Positions 14,505 through 29,168 are shown, counted from the stretch's first letter. The stretch is 64,000 bases of DNA from Eledone cirrhosa (GCA_964016885.1 OZ024749.1:8122001-8186000); one strand, 5' to 3'. The notes: a model not told the origin generated them from the sequence alone. Numbers and translations: made by a program.

Positions 14505-14925
14505 TGGAAGAGTCTCACTGAAGATTTGGACATGCGGAAAGTCTGCGCGAAGATGGTACCAAAACTGCTGAGCGATGACCAGAAAGATCGACGCATGCAA
14601 GTAGGCCAGGACATCCTTGAGCGTCTTGAAACCGAACCAGACTTGCTAGGGACATCATCGCCGGTGATGAGTCATGGATCTTCGTGTACGACCCGGAGGG
14701 GACCCGTTTTGAAGACGTGGACGACATCAAAAAGGCCGTGACGACGGAACTGCGGGGGATCCCGGAAGAATCCTTCCAGAAGAGCATGCAAGCGTGGCAG
14801 AAAAGGATGGAAAAGTGCATTAGACTCCAGGGGGATTACTTTGAAGGAAACAACTCTTAGTGTGAAGTTTGGGTTTGAAATAAATCTTTTGTGACATCAG
14901 TCCTTTAACTATTCTGACACACCGC

Positions 14926-14928
<3 letters not shown>
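14505..14928 (+). mobile_element. Internally deleted mariner transposon fragment with 3' TIR ending at TA
   Basis: LDMRKVCAKMVPKLL (WVP-type motif), frameshifted GDESWIFVYDP, then GTRFEDVDDIKKAVTTEL...WQKRMEKCI...GDYFEG. The HDNA and SPDL motifs are missing. Confidence 0.92.
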
Positions 14929-14989
<61 letters not shown>

Positions 14990-15464
14990 TTGTGTGTGTG
15001 TGTGTCTGTGTCTGTATAGAAATTTCATATTTCTAAAGAAACACGGTTTTAGGAAGCCGTAGCTCTGCAAACACCGGGACTAACGCCCTCTGAATACGAA
15101 ATTTGTATACATATTTGTATAAAGATGTTTGAATCTGTATATATATATATATATAAATATATACACAGTTCAAGAGTAACCAATCTTAAAGAGAGAGATG
15201 GAGATAGTAGAGGAGATATGAGAGGAGAGATTGGTGAGTTAGTTAGAAGCCAAAGCGTAAAGGCATGTGCTCAATGTGCAATATGCAGTAGAAAGCAGCT
15301 ATGTGGCTGGGTTCATGCAGAGGTTAGGTGTGCAGAGCTGGAAATATTCATTAGTTAAGCAAAACAAGGCCACACACTTCACAAGGAAGACATTATTAAA
15401 AGATTGTCAACATATTTTAGTTTGATGTAAGGAATGTAGAGAATAATAATAATAATATTAATAA

Positions 15465-15651
15465 TAATAATTGTTTCTACTTTAGGCACAAGGCCAGCAA
15501 TTACCAGTGCATTACTGGTACTTTATTTTATCGACCCCGTAAGGATGAAAGGCAAAGTCAACCTCGGCGGGATTTGAACTCAGATGGTAAAGGGACGTAA
15601 CTATGCTGGAAAGCATGGCGTCCGACCCTCTACCGATACTGCCAATCCACC
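15465..15651 (-). mobile_element. SINE family 1, full length
   Basis: Near-identical to the other young copies, with an (ATT)n tail. Confidence 0.92.
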
Positions 15652-16308
15652 GGTCCGTTTACAATTGTTTCGCTACTCCATATAATATTTCTGGATCAGA
15701 TGACTATATATCATAATTGATCCGGTTCAGTTGAAAATAATTAACATATTTAAAAAACAGAGTGGCTCATCGGAACTCAAAGGAATATAAATTAAAATAA
15801 TGGGATAATGTTACATAATATAATGTTCCATATATTGGTTTTTACTATGGTGTCTTGGTTGCATCAGCTGTCAGCCATAATCAAGCAGTATTCATCTGTC
15901 GAGGCTGCATTGTGTGAGATCTGCCTATGGGTAACAAGATGGCTGCCAAAGGGCATATTTACCTTACTAATTAGAGGGTGGTTTCAGGGGAAGTAACTTC
16001 TCGAGAGATTAGAGATTGTGAGTATTTATAGTTAAGTGCTAGTTTTTAAATTTTTTAATTGAGAGACAATGTAGGGGAGGTAACTTATAATTATCGAGTT
16101 GTTCATAGCAATTTAACTTATTAGCTACAAGTAGAAATGGGGCCACATGACTAAGTTGGGTCAAAAACTCTATTGGCGAAGGCATTAGCCCTTCGATGTT
16201 GACAGCTAATGGTTACCTCCGTTCTATGGTTAATCGGTAGAGGTCGTGATCGAGTTATGTAATATGCTTCCGTAACACAGAGATCACAAGATATTCTTCG
16301 TCCATTGA

Positions 16309-16373
16309 ATTTTATCTGATGAGGACGTACTGTTGAACTTAACTCAGTACCTCTGAAATATGTATAATAAAAT
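16309..16373 (+). ncRNA. Type I hammerhead ribozyme (family F-related), complete
   Basis: attttat-CTGATGA-gga c gtactg...cagtac c tct-GAAA-T atgt ATA-ataaaat. Perfect 7-bp stem I. Confidence 0.82.
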
Positions 16374-16779
16374 ATACTTGATCACAAGAATATCTATTTT
16401 GTTAATATTTTGAATTAATATATATATATGAGAGTGTTGAAGTTTGCTTGAAGCATTGGGGAATAATAAAATTGGTCGTTTTGGAAGCCTCAACAATGCG
16501 CATGGGTAAATCTCCCGGTAACAGAATCAGGTGGTGAAGAGAGAGACGTAAGAGCAAATTTAGAACTAGACGTATAGTGTGTAGAGGAACGTAGGAAAGA
16601 GTGAAAAAATAATAACACGAGATAGAGTTACCTTGGAAGTGATTTAATTGTCCCTATATTTCGGATTTCGCATCCATCAACTGGGGGTGTTCCTTAGGAA
16701 AAATAGGTTTTTTGCTGGGGAGGGGCAACACGTGTCCTCTGTTGTTTACCGTGTGCGTATACTTTTCCGTTATATATAT

Positions 16780-16966
16780 ATAACGAAGCAAATGTGGTAA
16801 GGAACCAGATGGACCATAACGCACCAAAGTAATCAATACTTAGGGTAGTAGAGTGGGTAATAGGTACAAGTATGACCTCGACGGCAGAGCTCAAGCCGTT
16901 TCGACGGCTTTCTGGACGAATTAGCCGTCGAAACGGCTTGAGCTCTACCGTCGGGGTCATACTTTT

Positions 16967-17000
<34 letters not shown>

Positions 17001-17185
17001 AACCAGTAAGACCCCGACAGCTGAGCTCAAGCCGTTTCGACGGCTAGTCCAGAATTAGCCGTCGAAACGGCTTGAGCTCAGCTGTCGGGGTCTTACTGGT
17101 TCCTATTACCCACTCTACTACCTCAAGTATTGAGTACTTTGGTGCGTTATGGTCCACCTGGTTCCTTACCACATTTCCTTCGTTA
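16780..17185. mobile_element. Two family C palindromic cassettes separated by (TA)n
   Basis: Inversion centres at about 16915 and 17047, with GAAAC...GTC half-ribozyme arms. Confidence 0.82.
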
Positions 17186-17311
17186 TATATATATATATAT
17201 ATATATATAAGTATTAGAGTTTCCGTTGAAAATTGAAAAAGTCATAGGAGTGAAGAGTGCTCTATGTCAGTTACAGAGCTAATTTTAATGTATAATAAAC
17301 AATATAATATA

Positions 17312-17387
17312 ATTACCTCATTACCAGAGGTTTCTCGAATAAGACGAATGCAAAAAACGTCCTCATTCGTTCATCAGACAAGGCAAT
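17312..17387 (-). ncRNA. Type I hammerhead ribozyme, family B (intact core)
   Basis: attgccttgt-CTGATGA-acgaatg...cattcgt...-GAAAC ctctg GTA-atgaggtaat. 10-bp stem I, GUA site. Confidence 0.8.
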
Positions 17388-17479
17388 ATATATATATATA
17401 ATTACCTGAGTGTGAATGCTAATATAATTACGAATGTCCTAGCCTTCGATATTTAAGCAATCGTATGTTTCATGATGGT

Positions 17480-17790
17480 ATAATAGCCGTAAATTGACCA
17501 TACCATTCTGACGGTGTGAGGTGGTATGATAGCAGTAAATAGACCATACCATTCTGACAGAGTAGGGTGGTATGATAGCAGTAAATAGACCATACCATTC
17601 TGACGGTGTGAGGTGGTATGTTAGCCGTAAATAGACCATACAATTCTGACGGTGTGAGGTGGTATGATAGCAGTAAATAGACCATACCATTCTGACAGAG
17701 TAGGGTGGTATGATAGCAGTAAATAGACCATACGATTCTGACGGTGTAGGGTGGTATGATAGCCGTATAATAGACCATACCATTCTGACT
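17480..17790. repeat. 46-bp minisatellite with 138-bp higher-order period
   Basis: Unit agcagtaaatagaccataccattctgacagagtagggtggtatgat. The variant start agccgta occurs at 17485, 17623 and 17761. Confidence 0.93.
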
Positions 17791-18290
17791 GAGTGTTTGT
17801 CATTAACCTTGCCATTATCCATTATTTATTTCAGTATATCGGTTGAAATTTGATACTTTTGAAGCAGAAATTTAATCATAAATCTAAAGCAATAGCTTCA
17901 GCCTTCATTGATTTGGAAGTCTATTCTATAATGGCGGTATAGGTTCAGAATATTTCTAAGTAGGTTTCTGTGTTTATGTCCGTATGAACAGAATTGCAAC
18001 TGAACTGTGTGTGTTCACCAATATCAATTGGTGTCCGCTGCCATTGTGTCGAAAGGCTGAGCTTAACACGAACCTTGTATATGGTACCACGTAATGCTAG
18101 AAATCACGACCAAATCCCTTATAAATCACACTATATCAACTTTAAAGAAAGATTAAAGTTAATCCTTGATACACTATATATGAAAATACATAATAAGATG
18201 TCGCTCCACCAGGACAGACCTTGTTCTAAATACCAGTAACAAATTAAACTGAGTGATACACACCCCTATTGTAGTAATGGGTATATATAT

Positions 18291-18369
<79 letters not shown>

Positions 18370-18484
18370 AACATCTTTAAATCACATGTATTTCCTTACA
18401 TATGTTTCCTTGTATATCCAATTATTTTAAATATGATTCCCAAGATATCTCCATCTATATTTGTTTATATCCCCTTCCCCTTGT

Positions 18485-20140
18485 GCTTAAATAGCTGGCC
18501 TGGTGCTTAAATAGCTGCCTGGTGCTAAAATAGCTGGCCTGGTGCTAAAATTGTTGGCCTGGTGCTAAAATAGCTGGCCTGGTGCTAAAATAGCTGGCCT
18601 GGTGCTAAAATAGCTGGCCTGGTGCTAAAATAGCTGCCTGGTGCTAAAATAGCTGGCCTGGTGCTAAAATAGCTGGCCTGGTGCTAAAATAGCTGGCCTG
18701 GTGCTAAAATAGCTGGCCTGGTGCTAAAATAGCTGCCTGGTGCTAAAATAGCTGGCCTGGTGCTAAAATTGCTGGCCTGGTGCTAAAATTGCTGGCCTGG
18801 TGCTAAAATTGCTGCCTGGTGCTAAAATAGCTGCCTGGTGCTAAAATTGCTGGCCTGGTGCTAAAATTGCTGGCCTGGTGCTAAAATAGCTGCCTGGTGC
18901 TAAAATTGCTGGCTCGGTGCTAAAATTGCTGGCCTGGTGCTAAAATAACTGGCCTGGTGCTAAAATAGCTGGCCTGGTGCTAAAATAGCTGGCCTGGTGC
19001 TAAAATAGCTGGCCTGGTGCTAAAATTGCTGGCCTGGTGCTAAAATAGCTGCCTGGTGCTAAAATTGCTGGCCTGATGCTAAAATAGCTGCCGGGTGCTA
19101 AAATAGCTGGCCTGGTGCTAAAATTGCTGGCCTGGTGCTAAAATAGCTGCCTGGTGCTAAAATTGCTGGCCTGATGCTAAAATTAGCACCAGGCCAGCAA
19201 TTTTAGCACCAGGCCTGCAATTTTAGCACCAGGCCAGCAATTTTAGCACCAGGCAGCTATTTTAGGACCAGGCAGCAATTTTAGCACCAGGCCAGCAATT
19301 TTAGCACCAGGCCAGCAATTTTAGCACCAGGTCTGCAATGGTGCTAAAATTGCTGCCTGGTGCTAAAATTGCTGGCCTGATGCTAAAATAGCTGCCTGGT
19401 GCTAAAATAGCTGCCTGGTGCTAAAATTGCTGGCCTGATGCTAAAATAGCTGCCTGGTGCTAAAATAGCTGCCTGGTGCTAAAATTGCTGGCCTGATGCT
19501 AAAATAGCTGCCTGGTGCTAAAATTGCTGCCTGGTGCTAAAATTGCTGGCCTGATGCTAAAATAGCTGCCTGGTGCTAAAATAGCTGCCTGGTGCTAAAA
19601 TTGCTGGCCTGATGCTAAAATAGCTGCCTGGTGCTAAAATAGCTGGCCTGGTGCTAAAATTGCTGCCTGGTGCTAAAATAGCTGCCTGGTGCTAAAATAG
19701 CTGGCCTGGTGCTAAAATAGCTGGCCTGATGCTAAAATAGCTGCCTGTGCTAAAATAGCTGCCTGGTGCTAAAATAGCTGCCTGGTGCTAAAATAGCTGG
19801 CCTGGTGCTAAAATAGCTGGCCTGATGCTAAAATAGCTGCCTGTGCTAAAATAGCTGCCTGGTGCTAAAATAGCTGCCTGGTGCTAAAATAGCTGCCTGG
19901 TGCTAAAATAGCTGGCCTGGTGCTAAAATAGCTGCCTGGTGCTAAAATAGCTGCCTGGTGCTAAAATAGCTGGCCTGGTGCTAAAATAGCTGCCTGGTGC
20001 TAAAATTGCTGCCTGGTGCTAAAATAGCTGCCTGGTGCTAAAATAGCTGCCTGGTGCTAAAATTGCTGCCTGGTGCTAAAATAGCTGGCCTGGTGCTAAA
20101 ATAGCTGCCTGGTGCTAAAATAGCTGCCTGGTGCTAAAAT
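18485..20140. repeat. 19/20-bp minisatellite (gctaaaat[a/t]gct[g]gcctggt)n with an internal inverted block at about 19183-19338
   Basis: Directly visible, about 80 units. Confidence 0.97.
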
Positions 20141-20517
20141 CACAAACATTTAAACGTGATTTGTGTTTTTTTTTCTACTATCACTTTCGATGGTTTACAA
20201 TCCAATCAGAGAGGTGAGGTCCAGTGTGGGTGGGGGTCGCTTTGTCGGCCTTGTTTCTCCCCTGATATGTCTGTCATCTTCAGTGTTATCCCTTCCACTC
20301 CATAGCAACGTCGATCCCTTTTCCCTTACCCAACTCACACCTCCATCTAACCTTCATCTACCTTCATTTTTAATCCACTCCTTGATTCTTCTTTTTCTTC
20401 TTTTCCTTCTTCTTCTTCTGTCCCTTCTTCTTCTTACTACTGCTCCCACCACCACCACCACCACTACTACTAATGATAATAATAATTTCATTTTTAATCC
20501 GCTTCCTGCTTCTTCTT

Positions 20518-20550
<33 letters not shown>

Positions 20551-20589
20551 ATTACTAAAGCTAATGATAACAACAAAAACAACAACAAT

Positions 20590-21575
20590 AATAATTGTTT
20601 CTATTTTAGGCACAAGGCCAGCAATAACCCAGTACATTACTGGTACTTTATTTCATCGACCTCGTAAGGATGAAAGGCAAAGTTAACCTCGGCGGGATTT
20701 GAAATCAGATCATAAAGGGACGTAACTCTATGCTTCAAAGCATGGTGTCCGACTCTCTACCGATACTGCCAATCCACAACAACAATAATAATGATGATCA
20801 TACATCCCTTCTCCTTCTTCGTCTCCTCCTCTTCCTTCTCCTCAGGTCAATCAGTACTTTGCAATCAACAGAAATAATCTTTCAAAAATAATTAAATACA
20901 GAAAGAAATAAAAGCTATGTTTATTTTCATATCTAACCATAACTATATATCGATTATTTCCCCTAATGTTATTTTATTGTTGTTGTTGTTATTGTTGTAT
21001 AACACCAGACCTATCCTGGCTAATAGGATCTGTGACCAGTGCCATTCCATCCGTGACCATTCCGATAATATTCCCCAATATCTGGCACTACATGATTTAA
21101 TGTGACATTCACATTTGATAGCAACAGAACAGATACAAATACAACATTAAAAGAATATTAACACCCACAATTTTGGGGGAGAGGAAAATAGATTAAATCG
21201 GCCTCAGTGCATTACTGGTACTTTATTTTATCGACCCTGTTCGGATGAAATATAAAGTTAACCTCGGCAGGATATAAACTTAGAACGTAAAGAGACATAA
21301 CCTTATGCCACAATGCATGGTGTCCGACGCTCTACCGATGCTACCAATCCACCACCGTTACCCCAAATATCTAATAATTGTTTCTACTTTTGGCACAAGG
21401 CTAGCAATTACCCCAGTGCATTACTGGTACTTTATTTTATCGACCCCCGTAAGAATGAAATCTAAAGTTAACTTCGGCGGGATTTAAATTCAGAACGTAA
21501 AGAGACATAACTCTATGCCACAAAGCATGGTGTCCGACACTCTACCGATGCTGCCAACCCCCCACCCTTACCCTG
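20590..21575 (-). mobile_element. Three SINE family 1 copies (20590-20778, about 21165-21360, about 21372-21570)
   Basis: Reverse-complement SINE bodies. Confidence 0.85.
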
Positions 21576-21649
21576 AATACCTAATAAAAGACTAAAAGAA
21601 GGAAAAGAATTCTGACTGAGAACCATAGTTGTTGTTGTTTTTTTGTTTG

Positions 21650-21825
21650 TTTTGTTTTTATTAGTTTTTTGTTTTTATTAGTTTTTTTGTTTTTATTAGT
21701 TTTTTGTTTTTATTAGTTTTTTGTTTTTATTAGTTTTTTGTTTTTATTAGTTTTTTGTTTTTATTAGTTTTTTTGTTTTTAGTTTTTTTAGTTTTTTGTT
21801 TTTATTAGTTTTTTTTGTTTTTATC
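21650..21825. repeat. About 17-bp T-rich minisatellite (tttattagttttttgtt)n
   Basis: Directly visible. Confidence 0.9.
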
Positions 21826-22748
21826 AGTGCTAAATAGTTGAATAATTCTAACAACTCAACAGTTATGAGTTTTCTTCTAATCAAGGGGAAAATAGGAGAC
21901 GAATAGATCCGAGTGTCTGTCGGCCGAAAGGAATTATGCATCCATTTCAAAATACTATGTATTAGTCGCAGACCCTGGCAGATATCACAAAACATCTCGT
22001 CCGATTTTTTACCATTTCTGCTAATCCACATCTGACCCCGAAAAGATGGACAACAAAGTTAATCTCGGCAGTATTTGAAATCAGACCCCACAAATTACGG
22101 GAACAAATAGCGAGGTATTTAATTACCTCCCTACTCACCACCATAGGTGCTGAGCTGGCCAGCCGCAGGTGTGAGCTTCGCGAGCTGGAATGGCTTTTCC
22201 AACGCGTCTCCCTTGCCGTCCCGCGGGGAAACGCCTTCTCCCTTGCCGTCCCGCGGGGAAACGCCTTCTCCCTTCTGTCCGTCGTGGCTGTGGAGAGGCC
22301 ACCAATATTATTGACTGATTTGTCATTTTATCAGTCAACTGTTGCTGTCGTTAGTTACTGTAAATAATATGTTTATACAGTTTATACAAATATATATGTA
22401 CTTAATATATATACAATACAAATAGGTATTTAATCTCGGTGGAATTTGAACTCAGACCGCACAAATTACAGGAACAAATAGTGACGTATTTAATCTCGGT
22501 GAAATTTGAAATCAGACCCCACAAAATGCGGCATAAAATAGCAAGGTATTTAATCCTAAGCTCTATTGATTCTGTCCATTTATTACATCACCAAGTAAAA
22601 CCTCTTCAATTTGAATGTAATTTTCCAGTTAAAAAGAACATTGAAATAAGTTAATATAAATTAACATCAAAATTAATTGCAGAACAAATATGAATTACAA
22701 CCGGAATTATGTGACTATAATTCATCATCATTTAATATATATACATAA

Positions 22749-22849
<101 letters not shown>

Positions 22850-23407
22850 TAGACACAGAGAGAAATATATATATATATATACTGTAGTTATACCAATAAA
22901 ATTATCTTAGATCTTGTAACATGAGTTGCACTGTGCATAAATATTTATTTTATTAAGTCATAAACCAACGTGCATCATGTGAATTAATTAGACTTAATAA
23001 TACTGCCACGTTCTGGTTTGTATTGGATACAGAGAGAGATTTAATATGTGCTCTCTTCATGAGTAGACGGTTTATATATATATATATATATTTTAATCAG
23101 TAATTGTTCCTAGATTAAACTTATCGAGAGTATTCGTGGTGGCGCGACTAAAATGTGCTTTGGTGCGTTGTCATGCATGCATGGAGAATGGAAATAAATG
23201 GCAGAAGACCTGTTGAAAGGTCCAGAAACCTTTGGTACAGTAACATAAATGAAGAGCTGTCAAAAGGATCAACATAGGAGGATGCTATGGAAAGGGGGTA
23301 GCTGGAGACACGGCTCAGCAACGTTGCTGTATAAAGTGAATGATCATGAAGATATCAGCATTAAACTTATCTTAAATTTTATCTTAATAAATACAATTCT
23401 GTTTTGT

Positions 23408-24510
23408 AATGTTGATGTAAAAATGGCGTTAATATATGTGTATTAACATTTAGAAATGTTGATGTAAAAATGGCGTTCGTGCGTGTATTAACATCTAGAA
23501 ATGTTGATGTAAAAATGGCGTAATTGTATGTGTATTAACATTTAGAAATGTTGATGTAAAAATGGTGTTATTGTATATGTATTAACATTTAGAAACGTTG
23601 ATGTAAAAATAGCATTATTGTATGTGTATTAACATTTAGAAATGTTGATGTAAAAATAGCATTATTGTATGTGTATTAACATTTAGAAACGTTGATGTAA
23701 AAATAGCATTATTGTATGTGTATTAACATTTAGAAATGTTGATGTAAAAATGGTGTTATTGTATGTGTATTAACATTTAGAAACGTTGATGTAAAAATAG
23801 CATTATTGTATGTGTATTAACATTTAGAAACGTTGATGTAAAAATAGCATTATTGTATGTGTATTAACATTTAGAAATGTTGATGTAAAAATAGCATTAT
23901 TGTATGTGTATTAACATTTAGAAATGTTGATGTAAAAATAGCATTATTGTATGTGTATTAACATTTAGAAATGTTGATGTAAAAATGGTGTTATTGTATA
24001 TGTATTAACATTTAGAAACGTTGATGTAAAAATAGCATTATTGTATGTGTATTAACATTTAGAAACGTTGATGTAAAAATAGCATTATTGTATGTGTATT
24101 AACATTTAGAAATGTTGATGTAAAAATAGCATTATTATATGTGTATTAACATTTAGAAATGTTGATGTAAAAATGGTGTTATTGTGTGTGTATTAACATT
24201 TAGAAACGTTGATGTAAAAAGAGCATTATTGTATATGTATTAACATTTAGAAATGTTGATGTAAAAATAGCATTATTGTATGTGTATTAACATTTAGAAA
24301 TGTTGATGTAAAAATAGCATTATTGTATGTGTATTAACATTTAGAAATGTTGATGTAAAAATGGTGTTATTGTATATGTATTAACATTTAGAAATGTTGA
24401 TGTAAAAATGGTGTTATTGTATATGTATTAACATTTAGAAATGTTGATGTAAAAATGGTGTTATTGTATATGTATTAACATTTAGAAACGTTGCAGTAAA
24501 AGTGGCTTTA
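23408..24510. repeat. 47-bp minisatellite, about 23 copies
   Basis: Unit aacatttagaaatgttgatgtaaaaatagcattattgtatgtgtatt. Period of 47 confirmed between 23584 and 23631. Confidence 0.97.
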
Positions 24511-25217
24511 TTGTATGTGTAGTAGTTACATTTGGTGTGTAGTATCGAATGTTTCACTGAAAATATTTGTTTTCGCCGCAGCGTATTTTGCGATTAATTA
24601 ACACTGCGACTCGTATGTATCATGACGACAAACCCATCTGGGATTACTATAACTGATTTACATATTTCAGCTATTTGCCAATTCCGAGAAATGAGCTTAA
24701 TTAAATTGGAGAGGAATTAAATGTGAGAAGAACGTGGAAGGTAATATCAAACGCTAGATTACTGAAATGTCCTCTTGGCGAGCAAAACCCACACAACTCG
24801 GCTTTGATTTTCCGATTCAACCATCTCATGTGATTATCTGATTCCTTCGCATCGCTGTCTCTTACAACGTGAAATCCTTGAAAACCTTTATGGAACCAAT
24901 AGTAATGAAGGATGCTGTAAAGCAGAATCTTGTTTCAAACGAGACGTATTCTCTTAATTTTCCTCCCGCTGCTTCACTAACAGTATTTTATCAGATATAT
25001 ATATTGTTATACTTGGGGAAGTTCATATTGTTATGATATTACCAGAAATAATAACAGAACACACTGACTGTTTGGTTGGGTTGTTTTTCGCTTCTGTATC
25101 TTTTATATCTCCATAGTTAATTTATTTGGCAACCAATGTTTATCATTGATTGAACAGCGGTTAAAAATACAGATATATATATATATATATATTATAGATA
25201 ATATATATATATAATAG

Positions 25218-25304
<87 letters not shown>

Positions 25305-25324
25305 ATAATATATATATATAATAG

Positions 25325-25403
<79 letters not shown>

Positions 25404-25441
25404 TAATATATATATAATAGATAAATATATATATATATATA

Positions 25442-25745
25442 TATAAAGAAAAAGAGATGAAATCGAAAATGCAACTGGAGTCTTATTTTCTTTTTAAATA
25501 TATATATTTATTTGGTTCCTTTACCGGTTTCGCAATTCTTCTGCTTTTCAAAAGGTGAGTTGAGATGGAGGGTCTGTGGTTTTTCTCACATCAGATGTGA
25601 GAAAAACCACAGACCCTCCATCTCAACTCTACCTTTTGAAAAGCAGAAGAATTGCGAAACCGGTAAAGGAACCAAATAAATATATATATTTAAAAAGAAA
25701 ATAAGACTCCAGTTGCATTTTCGATTTCATCTCTTTTTCTTTATA
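25442..25745. mobile_element. Near-perfect 300-bp palindrome (family E pLTR-like) with a variant HHR in each arm
   Basis: Centre at 25593. Plus arm 25632-25669 reads cctt-TTGAAAA-gcag aagaa ttgc-GAAAC cg GTA-aagg. Embedded in (TA)n. Confidence 0.88.
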
Positions 25746-25800
25746 CATTCACTCGTGTAGGACACCTCGGTTATTTTTCATTTTGTAAAAAAAACCTCAC

Positions 25801-25843
<43 letters not shown>

Positions 25844-25865
25844 ATAATATATATATAATAGATAA

Positions 25866-25926
<61 letters not shown>

Positions 25927-25948
25927 ATAATATATATATAATAGATAA

Positions 25949-26031
<83 letters not shown>

Positions 26032-26579
26032 TGTGTGTATACGTATGTGCGTTTGTGTGTGTATGTTACATAGATAGAGAGAAAGATATGGAAATTTCAT
26101 TGGAGTTAAAAGACTGAGAATAAACTTGGAATGGACAAACCTGTGATCAAAGTGTATACTGGAAAGGCTGAGAAGGCTTTGGTGCCATGGTTCTTATTAC
26201 ATAGTTTTCATTTTAACCAAGAGGATTAGACGTTGGGCTCTGTTACCATCGGGGTAAGTAAAGGGCCAAGATGGGGTATACACGAATAATTTTACAGAGT
26301 TTGTTGAAGAGAAAATCCTTGACCTCAAACGAAATTATATAAATCAGCAACATATTGATACTAGGACCTGAGTAAACGAAATAATAGATAGGAAAGAGAA
26401 GCTCTACCTCCCCATCATCACAGGATATTATGAAGCATATATGAGAAAGTTTGTCAACATCTTTAAGGGTCTCGTAGGTGAGCCAGCTGCTGACGAAGAA
26501 ACTCTTCCGTTGATTGAAGTATCACATCTATTAGACAACTGAACGACATTTAAATGTGTCTTTGCACATATAAGCTCGC

Positions 26580-26661
26580 ATATCTGATGAGATATAGAAA
26601 AAGTGTCGGGCCCCGTCTTGATTGTACTCTGAGCTGATCGATATCGAAACGATTGTGATAT
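26580..26661 (+). ncRNA. Hammerhead motif with long stem II insert and non-canonical GUG site
   Basis: atat-CTGATGA-GATAT...ATATC-GAAAC gatt GTG-atat. Confidence 0.6.
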
Positions 26662-27191
26662 CCAAATAAAGTTTGTAGATATTCTGCAACACTGACTTCG
26701 ACTCTTTTAAATCTATTTACACTCTAAACACTACATCTGTAAGTCTGGTATACCACACAAAAGAAACGGAACTCGTAACAACATTGAGTACTTCAAATGG
26801 CGCGCCACCTGTAGCTGTTGTTACACACCTAACTAACATATACACACACACATATATATATTTCTGATTAGTTCTTTCGTTACTTTGGTGACGCAATTTT
26901 CAATTTGTCAAGCTATTTAAACGTATGTTATTACTCTAGGGACCAACCCTTATTGAGTGCTTTGCTACTCATTCCTTATTGTAGGTCGACTTTGCTTGGC
27001 CGCAGCCAAAGCTTCGATTTTACTAAGCTTCCACTTGTATATATATATATATATATAGGAACCAGTAAGACCCCGACAGCTGAGCTCAAGCCGTTTGGAC
27101 GGCTAATTCTGCTAATACCCACTCTACTACCTCAAGTATTGAGTACTTTGGTGCGTTATGGTCCACCTGGTTCCTTACCACATTTCATTCG

Positions 27192-27251
<60 letters not shown>

Positions 27252-27315
27252 ACACACACAAAGTCATACACACACGCACATATATATATAAACACACACA
27301 GACACACACACACAC

Positions 27316-27459
<144 letters not shown>

Positions 27460-27480
27460 GTATTATTAATGAGAGTAACT

Positions 27481-27663
27481 GCGGTGGATTGGCAGTATCG
27501 GTAGAGGGTTGGACGCCATGCTTTCCAGCATAGTTACGTCCCTTTACGATCTGAGTTCAAATCCCGCCGAGGTTGACTTTGCCTTTCATCCTTACGGGGT
27601 CGATAAAATAAAGTACCAGTAATGCACTGAGCAATTGCTGGCCTTGTGCCTAAAGTAGAAACA
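27481..27663 (+). mobile_element. SINE family 1, full length
   Basis: A and B boxes plus the conserved body. Confidence 0.92.
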
Positions 27664-27779
27664 TGCTATTCATTTACTCAGTGTATCTTAGTTTAATGCA
27701 ACGATAGGATCATGTAGAGTCAGTATATACTTACAATACCTTGAACATTTAATTTTTTATTTATAAACACATTGTAACA

Positions 27780-27835
<56 letters not shown>

Positions 27836-28471
27836 CGGAAAATGCGAAGTTTTTGTAGATATTAAAGAACCCTTTTATTGATGAAGCTATGATACATATT
27901 TCAATGGCGGCAGTGGCGAACGTGATTCCATGCAACCACTGTCATGATCTCATCAAACAGCTTCCGTAAGTATATATATATATATATATATATAAATTAA
28001 TAAAATAATGAAGAAACAAAGAAACAGTTCCTTATATTAAAAAGACAGCATATATATGTGTAGGTATGTATATTCCCTCTGATAGTTTGTATAAATATTG
28101 TACATAGATCTATAGAATATGCATACCAACTCTAACACATATATATCCTAGAAACGATCGTAAAATGATGAATTGTTTTAATATATGGAACTGTTTCTTT
28201 GTTTATTCATTATTTTATTAATTTATTACTGGCACTTTATTTTATCATCCTTACGAGGTCGATAAAATAAAGTGCCAGTAATACACTGGGTAATTGCTGG
28301 CCTTGTGCCAAAAGTAGAAACCATTATTTTATTAATTTATCTTGACTCTGTTTTCCGTTTATTTTTCACCGAAAGTAGTTTTTGAATGCATCTTCTCTTT
28401 TCATGATATCCGGATTACATTGAGTTCTTCATACGGATTGGACACTACGGTAAACTTTTGGTAGATTTATC

Positions 28472-28520
<49 letters not shown>

Positions 28521-28764
28521 AGTAAGAGAGAGATAAGAGAGAGAGAGAGAGAGATAGAGAATGGAGTTGTATATATTTTCCATCAGTTTAGCATTCATTT
28601 GTCTTTATACTTGTTATGAACATATGATATAGAAGAGACGATTGAATTGGCACGCAGTGCTGTGTATTGTGGCAACGTATTTTATTGATCCTATCAGCAT
28701 AACCCTAGAAACATTATTAATGTAGCTTCGGAATTATGTATAAATATATATATTTATTTATATA

Positions 28765-28805
<41 letters not shown>

Positions 28806-28908
28806 TTATATTTATTCATATATATTTATATATCCAGGGAGTGTAACAACCAATGAATGTAATGAAGGTGTAACCAATCGTCCTTGTTATCTTTTCACTA
28901 TATAAATA

Positions 28909-28984
<76 letters not shown>

Positions 28985-29009
28985 TATAGATACAAATATG
29001 GATATATAA

Positions 29010-29046
<37 letters not shown>

Positions 29047-29100
29047 GAGAGAGGGGGAGAAAGAGGGAGAAATAGATAGATAGATAAGTAGATGGAAAAA

Positions 29101-29168
<68 letters not shown>

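Noticed and set aside
23408-24510. 47-bp array with an internal hairpin (aacatttagaaatgtt) as a possible CRISPR
   Set aside because: Units are contiguous with no unique spacers, no cas genes are present, and the context is eukaryotic.
27872-27925. TTGATGA...GAAC hammerhead-like stretch
   Set aside because: Both core boxes deviate, and no stem I or III could be formed.
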